Positions 1 through 10,216 of a stretch of 64,000 bases of DNA are shown piece by piece. The position numbers and the translations under genes were made by a program. The notes under the pieces are model-generated. The model was not told where the DNA came from. It ran no database searches and worked only from the letters and a program-made list of their open reading frames with translations. Source of the DNA: an uncultured Spirochaetota bacterium (GTDB taxonomy: Bacteria; Spirochaetota; Brevinematia; Brevinematales; JAOACQ01); NCBI GenBank assembly GCA_963768055.1, contig CAVYGN010000002.1, positions 384,001 through 448,000 of the forward strand, in the 5' to 3' direction. How positions within the stretch are numbered: the first letter of the stretch is position 1; each line of letters begins with the position of its first letter.

Positions 1-1
1 T

Positions 2-595
2 TACCCGGTCGATACGGTGATAAGCCAGGATATTTCATCCAACCAGGAAGTGGACAGGAATGTGAAGATGAAACTGCTTGTAAATTCCGATATTGCGGAA
101 GGCCAATTCAGGATCGGCGATTACTCGAGGCAATCGCTTGAACTGGTGGCTAAAACCCTTATAGCGAACTCGATACAGCCTGTTATTCAGGAAGAACCGG
201 TCCAGAATCCTGATGAAGACGGATTGATAATTAATCAAAATATAATATCAAATACGATCGTACCAAAAAATTCAGAGGTCCGCCTTCAGGTCGGGATTTA
301 TGAGGAAGACCCTGTAAAAAGGGAAAAAACCAGGTACAGGATATTCAGTTTCAAGCTGGAAAATATGTCAACCATTTCATCCAATGAAACCGGGGGTTCT
401 CAGGACGAATCTTTAAACAAAAGCCAGGCAAGCATTAAAATCATGCTTACCGATGAAGCGAACGACCAAAAAGAAATATACAATCAGACCCAGAATTATG
501 GAAATTATATCATACTCTGCTTCAAAACGGTGGGCAAGGCCAAGCTCGGCCTGTTCGTAGACAATAATTTTATTAAGGAAATACCATATGAATAA
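2..595 (+). CDS. PASTA-domain-like protein, C-terminal part (5' end outside window)
   Basis: Frame is open from position 2 (YPVDTVISQDISSNQEV..MKLLVN, then GLIINQNI..VRLQV), resembling PASTA repeat ends; overlaps the rpe start. Confidence 0.6.
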   Translation, partial: YPVDTVISQDISSNQEVDRNVKMKLLVNSDIAEGQFRIGDYSRQSLELVAKTLIANSIQPVIQEEPVQNPDEDGLIINQNIISNTIVPKNSEVRLQVGIYEEDPVKREKTRYRIFSFKLENMSTISSNETGGSQDESLNKSQASIKIMLTDEANDQKEIYNQTQNYGNYIILCFKTVGKAKLGLFVDNNFIKEIPYE

Positions 596-1259
596 AAACG
601 AACCTATGGTAGCTCCCTCGTTATTCGCGGCTGATTTCTTCGACCTGTCAAGGGCGATAACCATCTGCGAATTATCGCGGGTAGATATGATACATTACGA
701 TGTAATGGACAACCATTTTACTTCGAATATATCTTTCGGGCCTAAAGTGATAGAAGACATAGTTTCAAGAACCTGCCTTCCCGCCGATATTCACCTTATG
801 ATCACTCTCGAAAACATTGAAAGATTATCCCCGTTTACAAGCCTTCCGGTTCAGCATATAACTCTGCACCTTGAATCCATGAACGATTCAATACCCGGAT
901 TCATAGAAGCTGTAAAAAAAAGCGGCAAAACTGTAGGCTTATCGATCCGCCCGAAAACAGACACGAAAGAAATATCGCCTTATCTCGATATGATAGACCT
1001 GGTCCTCCTTATGAGCGTCGAACCGGGTTATTCCGGCCAGGCCTTCCTGCCCGAATCTCTCGAAAGGCTTCAAAGCCTTAAGGATATGATCGGGAAAAGG
1101 GAAATTTTAATCCAGGTCGACGGCGGCGTTACACGTGAAAATTATGAAAATGTCCTCGAATGCGGGGCGGATTTCCTGGTTATCGGCCGCCATTTTTTTG
1201 AAGATGGAAATACGCTTGAATGGGTCAATAAAATCAAGAAATTTTTATTCCTTGAGTAA
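588..1259 (+). CDS. rpe: ribulose-phosphate 3-epimerase
   Basis: Motifs APSLFAADF, HYDVMDNHF, DIHLM, MSVEPGYSGQ, VDGGV. Confidence 0.95.
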   Translation: MNKNEPMVAPSLFAADFFDLSRAITICELSRVDMIHYDVMDNHFTSNISFGPKVIEDIVSRTCLPADIHLMITLENIERLSPFTSLPVQHITLHLESMNDSIPGFIEAVKKSGKTVGLSIRPKTDTKEISPYLDMIDLVLLMSVEPGYSGQAFLPESLERLQSLKDMIGKREILIQVDGGVTRENYENVLECGADFLVIGRHFFEDGNTLEWVNKIKKFLFLE

Positions 1260-3041
1260 AATAAATTCGACCCTCCTGTTCTTTCTCCTCCCTTCATCAG
1301 TAGAGTTTTCGGCAATTGGAAAACTGTAAGCAAAGCCCTTATAGGAAAGTCTCTTTTTTGAAATCCCTTTCATTACAAGATAATTATAAACATTCTTCGC
1401 CCTTTCACCGGACAGAGCGATATTTTTCTTTATCGATCCGATATTGTCTGTATGTCCCTGGATTTCAACCTTGTAATTCGAATATTTTTTAAGTATCTCT
1501 GCTACTCTGTCAAGGATAAAAGTCTTCTTTTGCTTCAATCCAGCCTTTGCGAAATCGAATTCGATATTATTGATCCGTATCCTGTATCCCCTCTCTGTTT
1601 TTTCAGCAAGCACATCTATATTTATACCCCCGTCTATTTCTTTTTCAGCCCCGTTACCCAGAGAATCAACAGCGGTGGCAATTATCCTGTAATTCTCGGC
1701 GCTTTCAACAAGTTCCCCATTGTCAGAGCGGCCGTCCCACGTTAATACCTGCGCCGGCTCAGCACCACCATAACCCTCAAAAGTTTTAAACGGTTTGTTG
1801 TCCGGGTCATAGATCAGTATTCTCCATTTTTTTATCCCGACAGGGCTCTTCGCATTGAAATGAATTTTTAACGGATCATTTATGCCATCTATATCGGGTG
1901 AAAAGGGAAGGGGTTCTGCCGAAATAGACAATTCAGGACTGGAAGAACCTATCAATATGGTGTTCACTGCTGAAAATACCGTGTCCCCGGAAGTATAAAC
2001 ACAGGAGAGGGAACAATTGTATAATCCGTCCGGTGCGATTTTAAGGCCGTCATCCCTGCCGTCCCAGATTATAAAGGCGGGAAGTACTTCTCCTTTTAAT
2101 TCTTTATATAATTTAAAATTTTTGTCCCTGATTTTCAAATTCCAGGAAAGCAGGTCATTCGTCATCGATACTGAAGGTATAAACCTGATCTCGTTCAGGG
2201 GGTTTGGAGCTGTTGGTGAAAATCCCGGCCTTTCTGAAGACAGGAAAACCGAACACACTTTTTGGGACAGGTTGATACCCGGTAAGGGCATAACGGTCCT
2301 ATTACCGGCTTGGTCCCATCCATAAACTATGTAATCATAAGTGCCTTCCGGCTGGATTGTCCCGTCATTTCCTCCGCCGTCCCACTCGAGAGTTGCCGGA
2401 GGGTTGCGGCCCCAATCCCAGTTTTTAATAATTCGGCCCTCCCTGTTCCTCATTTCAGATCTCCAGAAACCATTTGTGGAAAGGTTCTGACGGATAAAAA
2501 AAAGCCCCCTTTTCCCTCCGGTGTTCGGATAAAAAATCGTGTCATAAATCGATAGGGAACCCTGGGGAGGGGTTATATCCAGGATTATTTTGTCAGTTTC
2601 AGAAACCGCGATGTTTTTCATTTCATCCCATGCTGAAGCGACAAGGAAATAACTTCCCTCGGGGAGTATTACGCCGTTATCGGCCCTGCCGTCCCATACA
2701 ATGGCATCCGGAATTGAAACATTTTCTTTTTTTGCCCACAATTTTTTCCAGAATACGCCCGGATCAAGCGGGACATCCCTATTCCTCTCTCCAATACGTA
2801 CCCATACCGCCTGATGAAGAGAGTTATATATCGATACAGACCAGCCCTGGAGTAGGTTACCTCCCTTTATATCAAAGCCGATAGAAACAGTGTCCTGCGA
2901 ACCGTCGTAGTTCGGAGAGAACCAGGCTTCGTTAGTTTTTATTCCGTTCAGGATGATGCCGACGGAAAGGGGAGAATAGTCTGAAAAAGAGGGGCTCACC
3001 TCAATTAAGGAGATAAATAAAATCAACAATATTTTTTTCAT
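1245..3041 (-). CDS. exported OmpA-family peptidoglycan-binding protein with four FlgD-Ig/CHU-C-like repeats
   Basis: Signal peptide; four F(S/Y)P..WDG..DxG repeats; C-terminal OmpA domain (IEFDF, GHTDNIG, LSGERA, NRRVEF). Confidence 0.85.
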   Translation of the reverse strand: MKKILLILFISLIEVSPSFSDYSPLSVGIILNGIKTNEAWFSPNYDGSQDTVSIGFDIKGGNLLQGWSVSIYNSLHQAVWVRIGERNRDVPLDPGVFWKKLWAKKENVSIPDAIVWDGRADNGVILPEGSYFLVASAWDEMKNIAVSETDKIILDITPPQGSLSIYDTIFYPNTGGKRGLFFIRQNLSTNGFWRSEMRNREGRIIKNWDWGRNPPATLEWDGGGNDGTIQPEGTYDYIVYGWDQAGNRTVMPLPGINLSQKVCSVFLSSERPGFSPTAPNPLNEIRFIPSVSMTNDLLSWNLKIRDKNFKLYKELKGEVLPAFIIWDGRDDGLKIAPDGLYNCSLSCVYTSGDTVFSAVNTILIGSSSPELSISAEPLPFSPDIDGINDPLKIHFNAKSPVGIKKWRILIYDPDNKPFKTFEGYGGAEPAQVLTWDGRSDNGELVESAENYRIIATAVDSLGNGAEKEIDGGINIDVLAEKTERGYRIRINNIEFDFAKAGLKQKKTFILDRVAEILKKYSNYKVEIQGHTDNIGSIKKNIALSGERAKNVYNYLVMKGISKKRLSYKGFAYSFPIAENSTDEGRRKNRRVEFILLKE

Positions 3042-3085
3042 TGCCGCCCTGCCTTACGATTAAGCGTATTCTGACTTTTGTATTA

Positions 3086-3111
3086 ATATCGGTAGGATAA
3101 TGGAATTTTCA
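3086..3111 (-). promoter_or_regulatory. possible sigma-28 (FliA) promoter
   Basis: Minus strand TGAA-N14-ACCGATAT about 45 nt upstream of the OmpA-family gene; resembles the motif upstream of fliL and fliY. Confidence 0.4.
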
Positions 3112-3134
3112 AATTAAAATGGCGCACGGGAATT

Positions 3135-4973
3135 TCAGGGCTGGGGGTCATAAAGAAATTTAGGGTGGTAAAACCTGTAATAAACGCCTTTTTTCCTTAG
3201 AAGGCTCTTGTGATTGCCCGCTTCCGCGATCGATCCGTTTTCTATTACAAGGATCAAATCGGCGTTGCGTATGGTCTGGAGGCGGTGTGCAATAATGAAA
3301 CTCGTCCGCCCTTTCATCAGTGTCTGCATAGCCTGCTGGATATGCTGTTCGGTAAGAGTATCTACGCTGCTTGTGGCTTCATCAAGAATCAGTATGGAGG
3401 CGTCTGCAAGAACTGCGCGCGCAATGGCGATAAGCTGGCGCTGCCCCTGGCTCAGGTTGGAACCGCTTTCGGTAAGGACGGTTTCGTAACTCTCCGGCAG
3501 GCGCCGTATAAAACCGTCAGCATAAGCCAGTTTTGCCGCTTCTTCTATTTCCGCTTCAGAGGCGTCAAGTTTTCCATAGCGGATATTTTCGAGAATAGTT
3601 CCTGTAAAAAGATAGGTATCCTGAAGTACTGTTCCGAAACAGTCCCTCAGGCTTTCCCGGCTGTATTTCCGGATATCGATCCCGTCGATAATAATGCTTC
3701 CCGAGGAAACATCGTAAAACCGGGACAACAGGTTGACAATGGTTGTTTTACCGGCGCCGGTCGGTCCGACTAATGCGACACGGCTTCCAGGCACGGCCTC
3801 AAAACTTATGTTTTTAAGGACCCGTACATCACTTCGGTAGCCGAAAGACACATCATTGAATTCGATATGCCCCAAAGGTTTGGCCAGGTCGATATTTTCA
3901 GCCGGATCCCCTTCCTCTTCAGGTTCGTCAAGTATTTCGAAAACCCTTTCCGCGCCGGCTATTGCGGTCTGCAGCATGTTGAAAATTCCGGCGATTTCAT
4001 TTAAAGGCCTGCCGAATTGCCTGGAATAGCCGATAAAGCTTGCTATAGTCCCGATGGTAACCAGGTTCCTCAGTACAAGAATGCTTCCTGCGCCGACAAC
4101 CGCAGTAAAACCTATGTTGCCGATGACGTTCATAAGGGGCATAATATAACCTGACCAGATCTGCGCCTGTATACCTATATTGCATAATTTTCGATTTAAG
4201 AGTTCGAATTCATTAATTGTATTTTCCTCACGTCCGAAGGCTTTTACTATGCCGATCCCGGAAATCGATTCTTCTATATGTCCGTTCAATTTTCCCAATA
4301 AAGCCTGCTGCTCCTTGAAGAGCAAACCTGTTTTCGAGGCGATGACATTTGAAAGGGTAAGGACCATCGGGGCCGTGATCAGAGCGGCCAGAGTCAGCAG
4401 GGGATTCATTATAAGCATCATTATAAGGGATCCTGAAATAACCGCAATGCTTGAGAAAAGCTGGGCCGTAGATTGGGAAACAGCGGTACTTATATTGTCT
4501 ATGTCGTTTGTCAGTCGGCTTAAGAGATCGCCATGGGAGTGCATGTCAAAAAATGAAATCGGCAGTTTCTGCATTTTACCGAATAAAGAGGCCCGCATTC
4601 CCCTGACAATCCTCTGGGAAATACCGGACATTAAAAGACCCTGGATAATATTGAAACAGGCGTCGGCAAGGTAAAAGGTTCCCAGAAGTACGGCTATCAG
4701 AACCAGGATATTCAATCTGACATTCCCAATACCCGGTGAAATAGCGTCTATTGCCCTGCCGATCAGGAAGGGAACCAGAAGCCCTATCAGGGCGCTTGAG
4801 ATAACAAGTAAAAAAACCAAAAAAAGAAGGCGGTATTCGGCTGAAAAAAATTCCCATAGCCTCCCCAGCGAAAGCCAGAAGCTTTTAGGCTTTTCAGGAA
4901 GCGTCCCCATCGGTCCACCCGGCCTGCCGGGATGCCTTGAGAAAAACCGGTCTTCATGTTTACGCTCAGGCAT
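3135..4973 (-). CDS. heterodimeric ABC exporter, TMD+NBD subunit (TM288-like)
   Basis: TM domain, Walker A GPTGAGKT, signature LSQGQRQ, Walker B ILILDEAT. Confidence 0.93.
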   Translation of the reverse strand: MPERKHEDRFFSRHPGRPGGPMGTLPEKPKSFWLSLGRLWEFFSAEYRLLFLVFLLVISSALIGLLVPFLIGRAIDAISPGIGNVRLNILVLIAVLLGTFYLADACFNIIQGLLMSGISQRIVRGMRASLFGKMQKLPISFFDMHSHGDLLSRLTNDIDNISTAVSQSTAQLFSSIAVISGSLIMMLIMNPLLTLAALITAPMVLTLSNVIASKTGLLFKEQQALLGKLNGHIEESISGIGIVKAFGREENTINEFELLNRKLCNIGIQAQIWSGYIMPLMNVIGNIGFTAVVGAGSILVLRNLVTIGTIASFIGYSRQFGRPLNEIAGIFNMLQTAIAGAERVFEILDEPEEEGDPAENIDLAKPLGHIEFNDVSFGYRSDVRVLKNISFEAVPGSRVALVGPTGAGKTTIVNLLSRFYDVSSGSIIIDGIDIRKYSRESLRDCFGTVLQDTYLFTGTILENIRYGKLDASEAEIEEAAKLAYADGFIRRLPESYETVLTESGSNLSQGQRQLIAIARAVLADASILILDEATSSVDTLTEQHIQQAMQTLMKGRTSFIIAHRLQTIRNADLILVIENGSIAEAGNHKSLLRKKGVYYRFYHPKFLYDPQP

Positions 4974-6714
4974 CTTCTATCACCTCATGTCCGATCTGGG
5001 AATGATAAAGTTCGGCATACAGCAGGGACGATTTCAGCAAATTATGATGGGGCCCAAAGCCTGCAACCTGACCGCCGTCCAGGAGGAGGATTGCATCGGC
5101 TTCCAGGACGGATGTCAAACGCTGGCTGATGATAAAGCGGGTCATTTCATGGATAGATCCGCTAAGCGCTTCTAAGAGGCGTGTTTCAGTTCCGGCGTCA
5201 AGGGCGCTTGTGCTGTCGTCCATGATCAGGATTTGAGGTTTCCTGACCAGCGCCCTGGCTATTGCAAGGCGCTGTTTCTGCCCGCCGGAAAGGTTGACTC
5301 CGCCGCGTCCGAGGAGCGAATCGTAACCCTCCGGAAATTCCGAGATGAAAGTGTGCGCCTGAGCTGTCTTCGAAGCCTCCAGAACTTCATCGGGCGACGC
5401 TCCGGGATTTCCCAAGCGGATATTTTCCAGGATTGTACCTGTGAAAAGGATGGTTTTCTGGGGAACGAACGCGATCATATCACGCAGGGACCGGATATCT
5501 GCATCACGGATATCGATACCGTTAGCCAGCACCCGGCCCGAGGAAGGGTCGTAAAACCGGGGTATAAGGCTGACAAGAGTGCTTTTGCCCGATCCTGTAG
5601 CACCTATTACACCTACAGTCATACCGGGCCTGCAGGAAAAAGAAATATCCTTAAGTACAGGTTCCCGCCTGGATTTCCCATCCTTTGAAAAAGATGAAAA
5701 AGTTACATTATCGAATTCAATCATGACGCTCTCTTTCCTGAAAATTACCGGCTGCATGCTGTAAACCATCCGGTCGGTGGAATTAAATACTTTGCCGATC
5801 CTTTCTGCGGACGCTCTTGCCCGGACCAGCATATTGAAAATAAAGGACAGCATTATTAAAGCAAAAAGGATCTGAGTCATATAATTCACAAATGCGAGGA
5901 TTTGCCCCGTACTCATGGAACCTGTGTTAACCCTGATACCTCCATACCATAAAACGGCAAGTATGCCCAAATTTACAGCAAGAAGGATCGAAGGTGTAAA
6001 ACCTGCCATTACGCGCATCACGCTTGCCGAGGCATCGGCAAGCTCCCTGTTAAAACCGGAAAAACGGGCTTCCTCATATTCGGAACGGTTGAAAGCCTTA
6101 ACTACCCGTATACCGGAAAGAAATTCCCTCATTGCTGCGTTCACCCGGTCTATCGCAGTCTGAACCTTTCCAAAGCGGGGATATGCAGCACGCAGATTGA
6201 AGATGATAATAATTATTACAACGGGTATTATGACAGCAGGGACAGCGGCCATGCCCGGATTAACCGATAAGGCCATGATAAGGCTCCCTATTATAAGCAG
6301 GGGGGCCTTAACGAATACCCTCATAATACCGTTGAAAAAATTTTGAAGCTGGGTTACGTCATTGGTTGTACGCGTTATGAGAGAACCGGTTTCGAAACGG
6401 TCGGCATTTTCAAAGGAAAAATTCATGATTTTCCTGAAGAGGTCGGACCTTATATCCCTTCCGAACCTTTGGGATATGTTGTTTGAAAAAATATTTCTTA
6501 AAGAAGCGGCTCCGGCTCCAAGAGCTGTCAGTAGCAGCATTAATCCGCAGAATGTCAGGACAACGGATAAATCGCGCCCGGCGATGCCTGTATCTATAAT
6601 ATGGGCCATTAAAGTCGGCAGGGAGAGGTCGCAGGCCGCTTCGCTTGCTAAAATTATAAGCGTGATGAAAAAAGCAAAGCCCTATTTTTGAAAATATTTT
6701 CCGAGATAACCCAT
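4966..6714 (-). CDS. heterodimeric ABC exporter, TMD+NBD subunit (TM287-like); in-frame TAG at codon 11 (possible pseudogene or downstream restart at 6609)
   Basis: GATGSGKS, LSGGQKQR, degenerate Walker B IMDDSTS. ATG at 6714 with AAGGA RBS gives MGYLGKYFQK*GFAFFITLIILASEAACDLSLPTL, in frame with the ORF starting at 6609. Confidence 0.85.
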
Positions 6715-6745
6715 GCCGATTTAGTCCTTATCCGAAGAATCTTTG

Positions 6746-7606
6746 TCAATCTGTTTTGACGTTTGATATTTCCTCAAGTATAATCTCTGTTTTTAATTCC
6801 CGTGATTTTATCATTAGCCTTCTATCCGAATCCTCGATAAAGATGCTTAAAGATTTCATCATTTCTCCCGTCAGTCCTGCGATGAATGGATCCGCCATGA
6901 CCGCGTTTAATTTATGAACCCGGAATGTCCCGGCCTTTGTCGTCATTGATTCTTTATCATTTTCATAACTGCTCGTTACAGGTAAAGGTTCCTTAAGGAA
7001 ATTCGGGAGAGCCAGGTAGTATACTCCGGGAGTTCCCGGGTCGATAAACCGGCCGGCAATAATACCCGATGACAATAAATCTATAATTGGAAAATCGGTT
7101 TTAACCTTTATGGTGAAAGTCTTTGTAAAAGTTTGATCACCCTTTACAGATTTTGAAACATATTTGATATAACCTTTATCCCTGAATAATTGATAATGCC
7201 AGTATGTCAAGCCTCCGTAACCCATATTTTCCATTTCTTTCAGATCGTTGGTTTTTATATGACCTTCCGATTCGATAGTCTGGCCTGTAACCGGATTAAA
7301 AAGTATAGATATGGGCCATTCGGTATAATTTCCGGGCCCTCTATTGCCGTTAGAAACGGCTTTTAAATTTATATAGAAACGGTATGACAAACCGCCTTTT
7401 TCTTTAGTTACCTTTTTTACTACATAATAATAATCCGAAACCTTTTCTCCGCTTGTATAAACCCCGTAGCGTAGAAACTCCCCGTCAGGTATTATAACAC
7501 CGGGGAAAGATTTTTTTGGGACATTGTGTTTTCCGATTATCGCGCAGGATATGATAAAAAATACCGTTATTATAAGAAAGAATAATTTAATAAAACGAAA
7601 CGCCAT
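6746..7606 (-). CDS. lipoprotein of unknown function (DUF3108-like)
   Basis: Signal peptide with lipobox IISC; TTKAGTF motif; start moved to ATG at 7606 after a GGTGAGG RBS. Confidence 0.65.
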   Translation of the reverse strand: MAFRFIKLFFLIITVFFIISCAIIGKHNVPKKSFPGVIIPDGEFLRYGVYTSGEKVSDYYYVVKKVTKEKGGLSYRFYINLKAVSNGNRGPGNYTEWPISILFNPVTGQTIESEGHIKTNDLKEMENMGYGGLTYWHYQLFRDKGYIKYVSKSVKGDQTFTKTFTIKVKTDFPIIDLLSSGIIAGRFIDPGTPGVYYLALPNFLKEPLPVTSSYENDKESMTTKAGTFRVHKLNAVMADPFIAGLTGEMMKSLSIFIEDSDRRLMIKSRELKTEIILEEISNVKTD

Positions 7607-7622
7607 GGCAAGCCTCACCGGA

Positions 7623-8222
7623 TTATTTTTTTATGATTCCGTCTAAAATGAGCGAAACGGCGTACAGGATATCTTTCACCATCCCGTCAAAATCCAGGGA
7701 AGAGTTCATGCCGGCTTTCGACTTCATGTAGGCCGAGTTTTTCATCGAATATATCACATTCTGAATTGTCGAAGCGACTTTATTTACATCGCAGCCAACG
7801 ATCTCATGCCGTTCAAGGCATCCGGCCAGAATTGACGCGAAGTAATCGGCGCTTTTTTTTTGAGAGCTTTCCATCATATCTTCCAGATACGGGGTAAATT
7901 TATTTAATGTCTCCATTGAAACCTGGTTTAAGATGCTGTTGCGCCGGTTGTATGTAAAACCTTCCCTGACCCACGTCAAGAGCTTTTCCCTGCAGCCGCT
8001 TACAGCCTCCACCTTCTTTTTTATCGATTCGCCGAATTCTTCAGCTTCCCTGTTTATCACCTCGGTAAATATCGCTTCTTTATTCTTGAAATAATAATAC
8101 AGGGAAACCTTGTTCATCCCAACCATTTCGCCAATATCGTCAAGGGTTGTCTTATCGTAGCCGAACCTGGCAAAACATTTTCCCGCCGCTGTCAAAATTT
8201 CATTCTTCCTGTCCGGAGCCAT
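7623..8222 (-). CDS. TetR/AcrR family transcriptional regulator
   Basis: N-terminal HTH: ILTAAGKCFARFGYDKTTLDDIGEMVGMNKVSLYYYFKNKEAIF. Confidence 0.95.
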   Translation of the reverse strand: MAPDRKNEILTAAGKCFARFGYDKTTLDDIGEMVGMNKVSLYYYFKNKEAIFTEVINREAEEFGESIKKKVEAVSGCREKLLTWVREGFTYNRRNSILNQVSMETLNKFTPYLEDMMESSQKKSADYFASILAGCLERHEIVGCDVNKVASTIQNVIYSMKNSAYMKSKAGMNSSLDFDGMVKDILYAVSLILDGIIKK

Positions 8223-8249
8223 GAAAAATCCCCTAAAACATTCTTACTT

Positions 8250-8285
8250 TCTAACATTATATCATAATATTAGATTATTAGTCAA
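8250..8285 (-). promoter_or_regulatory. sigma-70 promoter of the TetR operon with overlapping palindromic operator
   Basis: Minus strand TTGACT-N18-TATAAT with extended -10 TGnTATAAT; inverted repeat TCTAACATTAT-atc-ATAATATTAGA (10/11) at 8250-8274 covers the -10. Confidence 0.7.
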
Positions 8286-8374
8286 CGAGCAGGAGAATAA
8301 TTTTTCTTGATTTTTAAATAATTATTTCCTATTTTAGGTATATAGAACATTATTTTTGATATAAGGGGGATTTT

Positions 8375-9424
8375 ATGACAAAGATCGGCATTAACGGTTT
8401 CGGGCGTATAGGCAGGCAGGTCTTTAAAGCGATCAATGAACGCTATGAAAACAAGCTTGAAGTAGTCGCAATCAATGATCTTTTCGATTCAAAAACCAAC
8501 GCTTCATTATTAAAATACGATTCAAATTATGGAGCTTATAATGCAAAAATTGGGGTTTCCGGCAATGATCTTGTCGTTAACGGTAAAACGATCAAGGTAT
8601 TTGCCGAAAAAGATCCCGGAAATATCCAATGGAAAAATTTTGGAGCGGATATTGTAATTGAATCAACTGGTATATTCACCGATGCCGTCGGCGACAAGGA
8701 TAAAGGCAAACCCGGAGCAAATATTCATATTCTGAAAGGCGGGGCTAAAAAAGTAATTATATCGGCTCCGGCAAAAAATGAAGATATAACTATTGTCCTC
8801 GGCGTCAATGATAATAAATATGATCCGGCAGTTCATAATGTCATTTCAAACGCTTCGTGTACAACAAATTGCCTTGCACCGGTAGCAAAAATCGTACAAG
8901 ATAATTTCGGTATCATATACGGAGTCATGACAACAATTCATTCTTATACAAACGACCAGGTCATACTGGATCAGGGTCATAAAAGAGAATTGAGAAGGTC
9001 CCGGGCCGCCGGTTTAAATTTGATCCCGACTACGACAGGCGCAGCCAAGGCCCTGGCGCTTGTAATTCCCGAACTAAAAGGAAAATTTGACGGTTTCTCC
9101 ATGCGTGTGCCGACGCCGACAGTGTCAGTAATTGATTTTGTAGCATCCATTGAAAAGCCGACCACAAAAGACGAACTCAATAAGATCTTTATCGATGCCG
9201 CCAACGGAACATTAAAGGGAATTTTAGGCTTTACAAACGGAGAATACGGCGATCCCCTGGTTTCGATGGATTTTAAAGGCGATGACCGTTCGGCAATTAT
9301 CGATCTGCCGACGAACATGGTCATGGGCGGAAAACTCGTAAAAGTAATCGCCTGGTACGACAATGAATGGGGATATTCATGCCGGGTAGCCGATCTTGCA
9401 AATAAAATCTCTCAGTTTTTCTGA
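8375..9424 (+). CDS. gap: glyceraldehyde-3-phosphate dehydrogenase, type I
   Basis: [39 protein letters not shown]. Confidence 0.98.
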   Translation: MTKIGINGFGRIGRQVFKAINERYENKLEVVAINDLFDSKTNASLLKYDSNYGAYNAKIGVSGNDLVVNGKTIKVFAEKDPGNIQWKNFGADIVIESTGIFTDAVGDKDKGKPGANIHILKGGAKKVIISAPAKNEDITIVLGVNDNKYDPAVHNVISNASCTTNCLAPVAKIVQDNFGIIYGVMTTIHSYTNDQVILDQGHKRELRRSRAAGLNLIPTTTGAAKALALVIPELKGKFDGFSMRVPTPTVSVIDFVASIEKPTTKDELNKIFIDAANGTLKGILGFTNGEYGDPLVSMDFKGDDRSAIIDLPTNMVMGGKLVKVIAWYDNEWGYSCRVADLANKISQFF

Positions 9425-9486
9425 AGCCCAAGTATTCCATGAAAAAGGAGATTTGCTGTCATCTACCCGAAAAATCGCCTCGCGGA

Positions 9487-10191
9487 TTATTCCCAGCGGA
9501 AGGTGAACATGCTAATTGTTCCCGCAACAATAGTAACCGAACAAAGTACAATGATGTCCTTGATGAAATTTATGTAAACTCCGCCCATCCAGGCGCCCCT
9601 GATCAGGTCGATCCCATAGGATAAGGGCAGGACATTCGCGATGACTTTTACAATTCCGGGCATGATATCAAGGGGCATGGTGGCAAGCAGCATCATCGGA
9701 AAATAGAGTATGAACGATACGTCCCTGGCGATATTAAAATCCTTGAAAATAGAGGCTATGACGAACCCCATGGAGAAAATGCAGACGGCGGTTAGTGTAA
9801 AAGCCCCTATAACGGAAGGGAGATTCGGGCTTATTTTCAAATTGTAGGCAAGGACCCCGGCAAATATCAATATAACCATCGCCAGGATCGTGACGAGATA
9901 ATTTACAATGACCTGCGAGACCAGGAAATCCCCGGGATGGACAGGCGTCGCCATCATACGTTTAAGCACCTTGCTTTCCCGGTAATGGCAAATAACCAGC
10001 GGAAGATTCATGAGGCCCGTATAGGCGACGGCTATCCCTATATATCTGGCGATATTCATATCGATCATACCCGTGATGCCTCCAAGCAGGAGCAGGAGCA
10101 TAACAGGAAGGGCTATTGCTAAAATGACCTTGAAAATCGTCCTGAAAAATAGCTTTATTTCTATCCACGTGATGAAAGCGGTTTTAATCAT
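9487..10191 (-). CDS. ABC-2 type transporter permease
   Basis: About six hydrophobic segments; YRESKVLKRMMATP; LPLSY motif; follows an ABC ATPase. Confidence 0.88.
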   Translation of the reverse strand: MIKTAFITWIEIKLFFRTIFKVILAIALPVMLLLLLGGITGMIDMNIARYIGIAVAYTGLMNLPLVICHYRESKVLKRMMATPVHPGDFLVSQVIVNYLVTILAMVILIFAGVLAYNLKISPNLPSVIGAFTLTAVCIFSMGFVIASIFKDFNIARDVSFILYFPMMLLATMPLDIMPGIVKVIANVLPLSYGIDLIRGAWMGGVYINFIKDIIVLCSVTIVAGTISMFTFRWE

Positions 10192-10216
10192 AAAATTCTC
10201 TCCAATTCCTCATTCG

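Noticed and set aside
6682..6684. Genome-wide TAG recoding as the explanation for the in-frame amber codon
   Set aside because: TAG ends several genes at their expected C-termini (xerC HPHA*, fliL, murB, the oxidoreductase), so it is a normal stop here.
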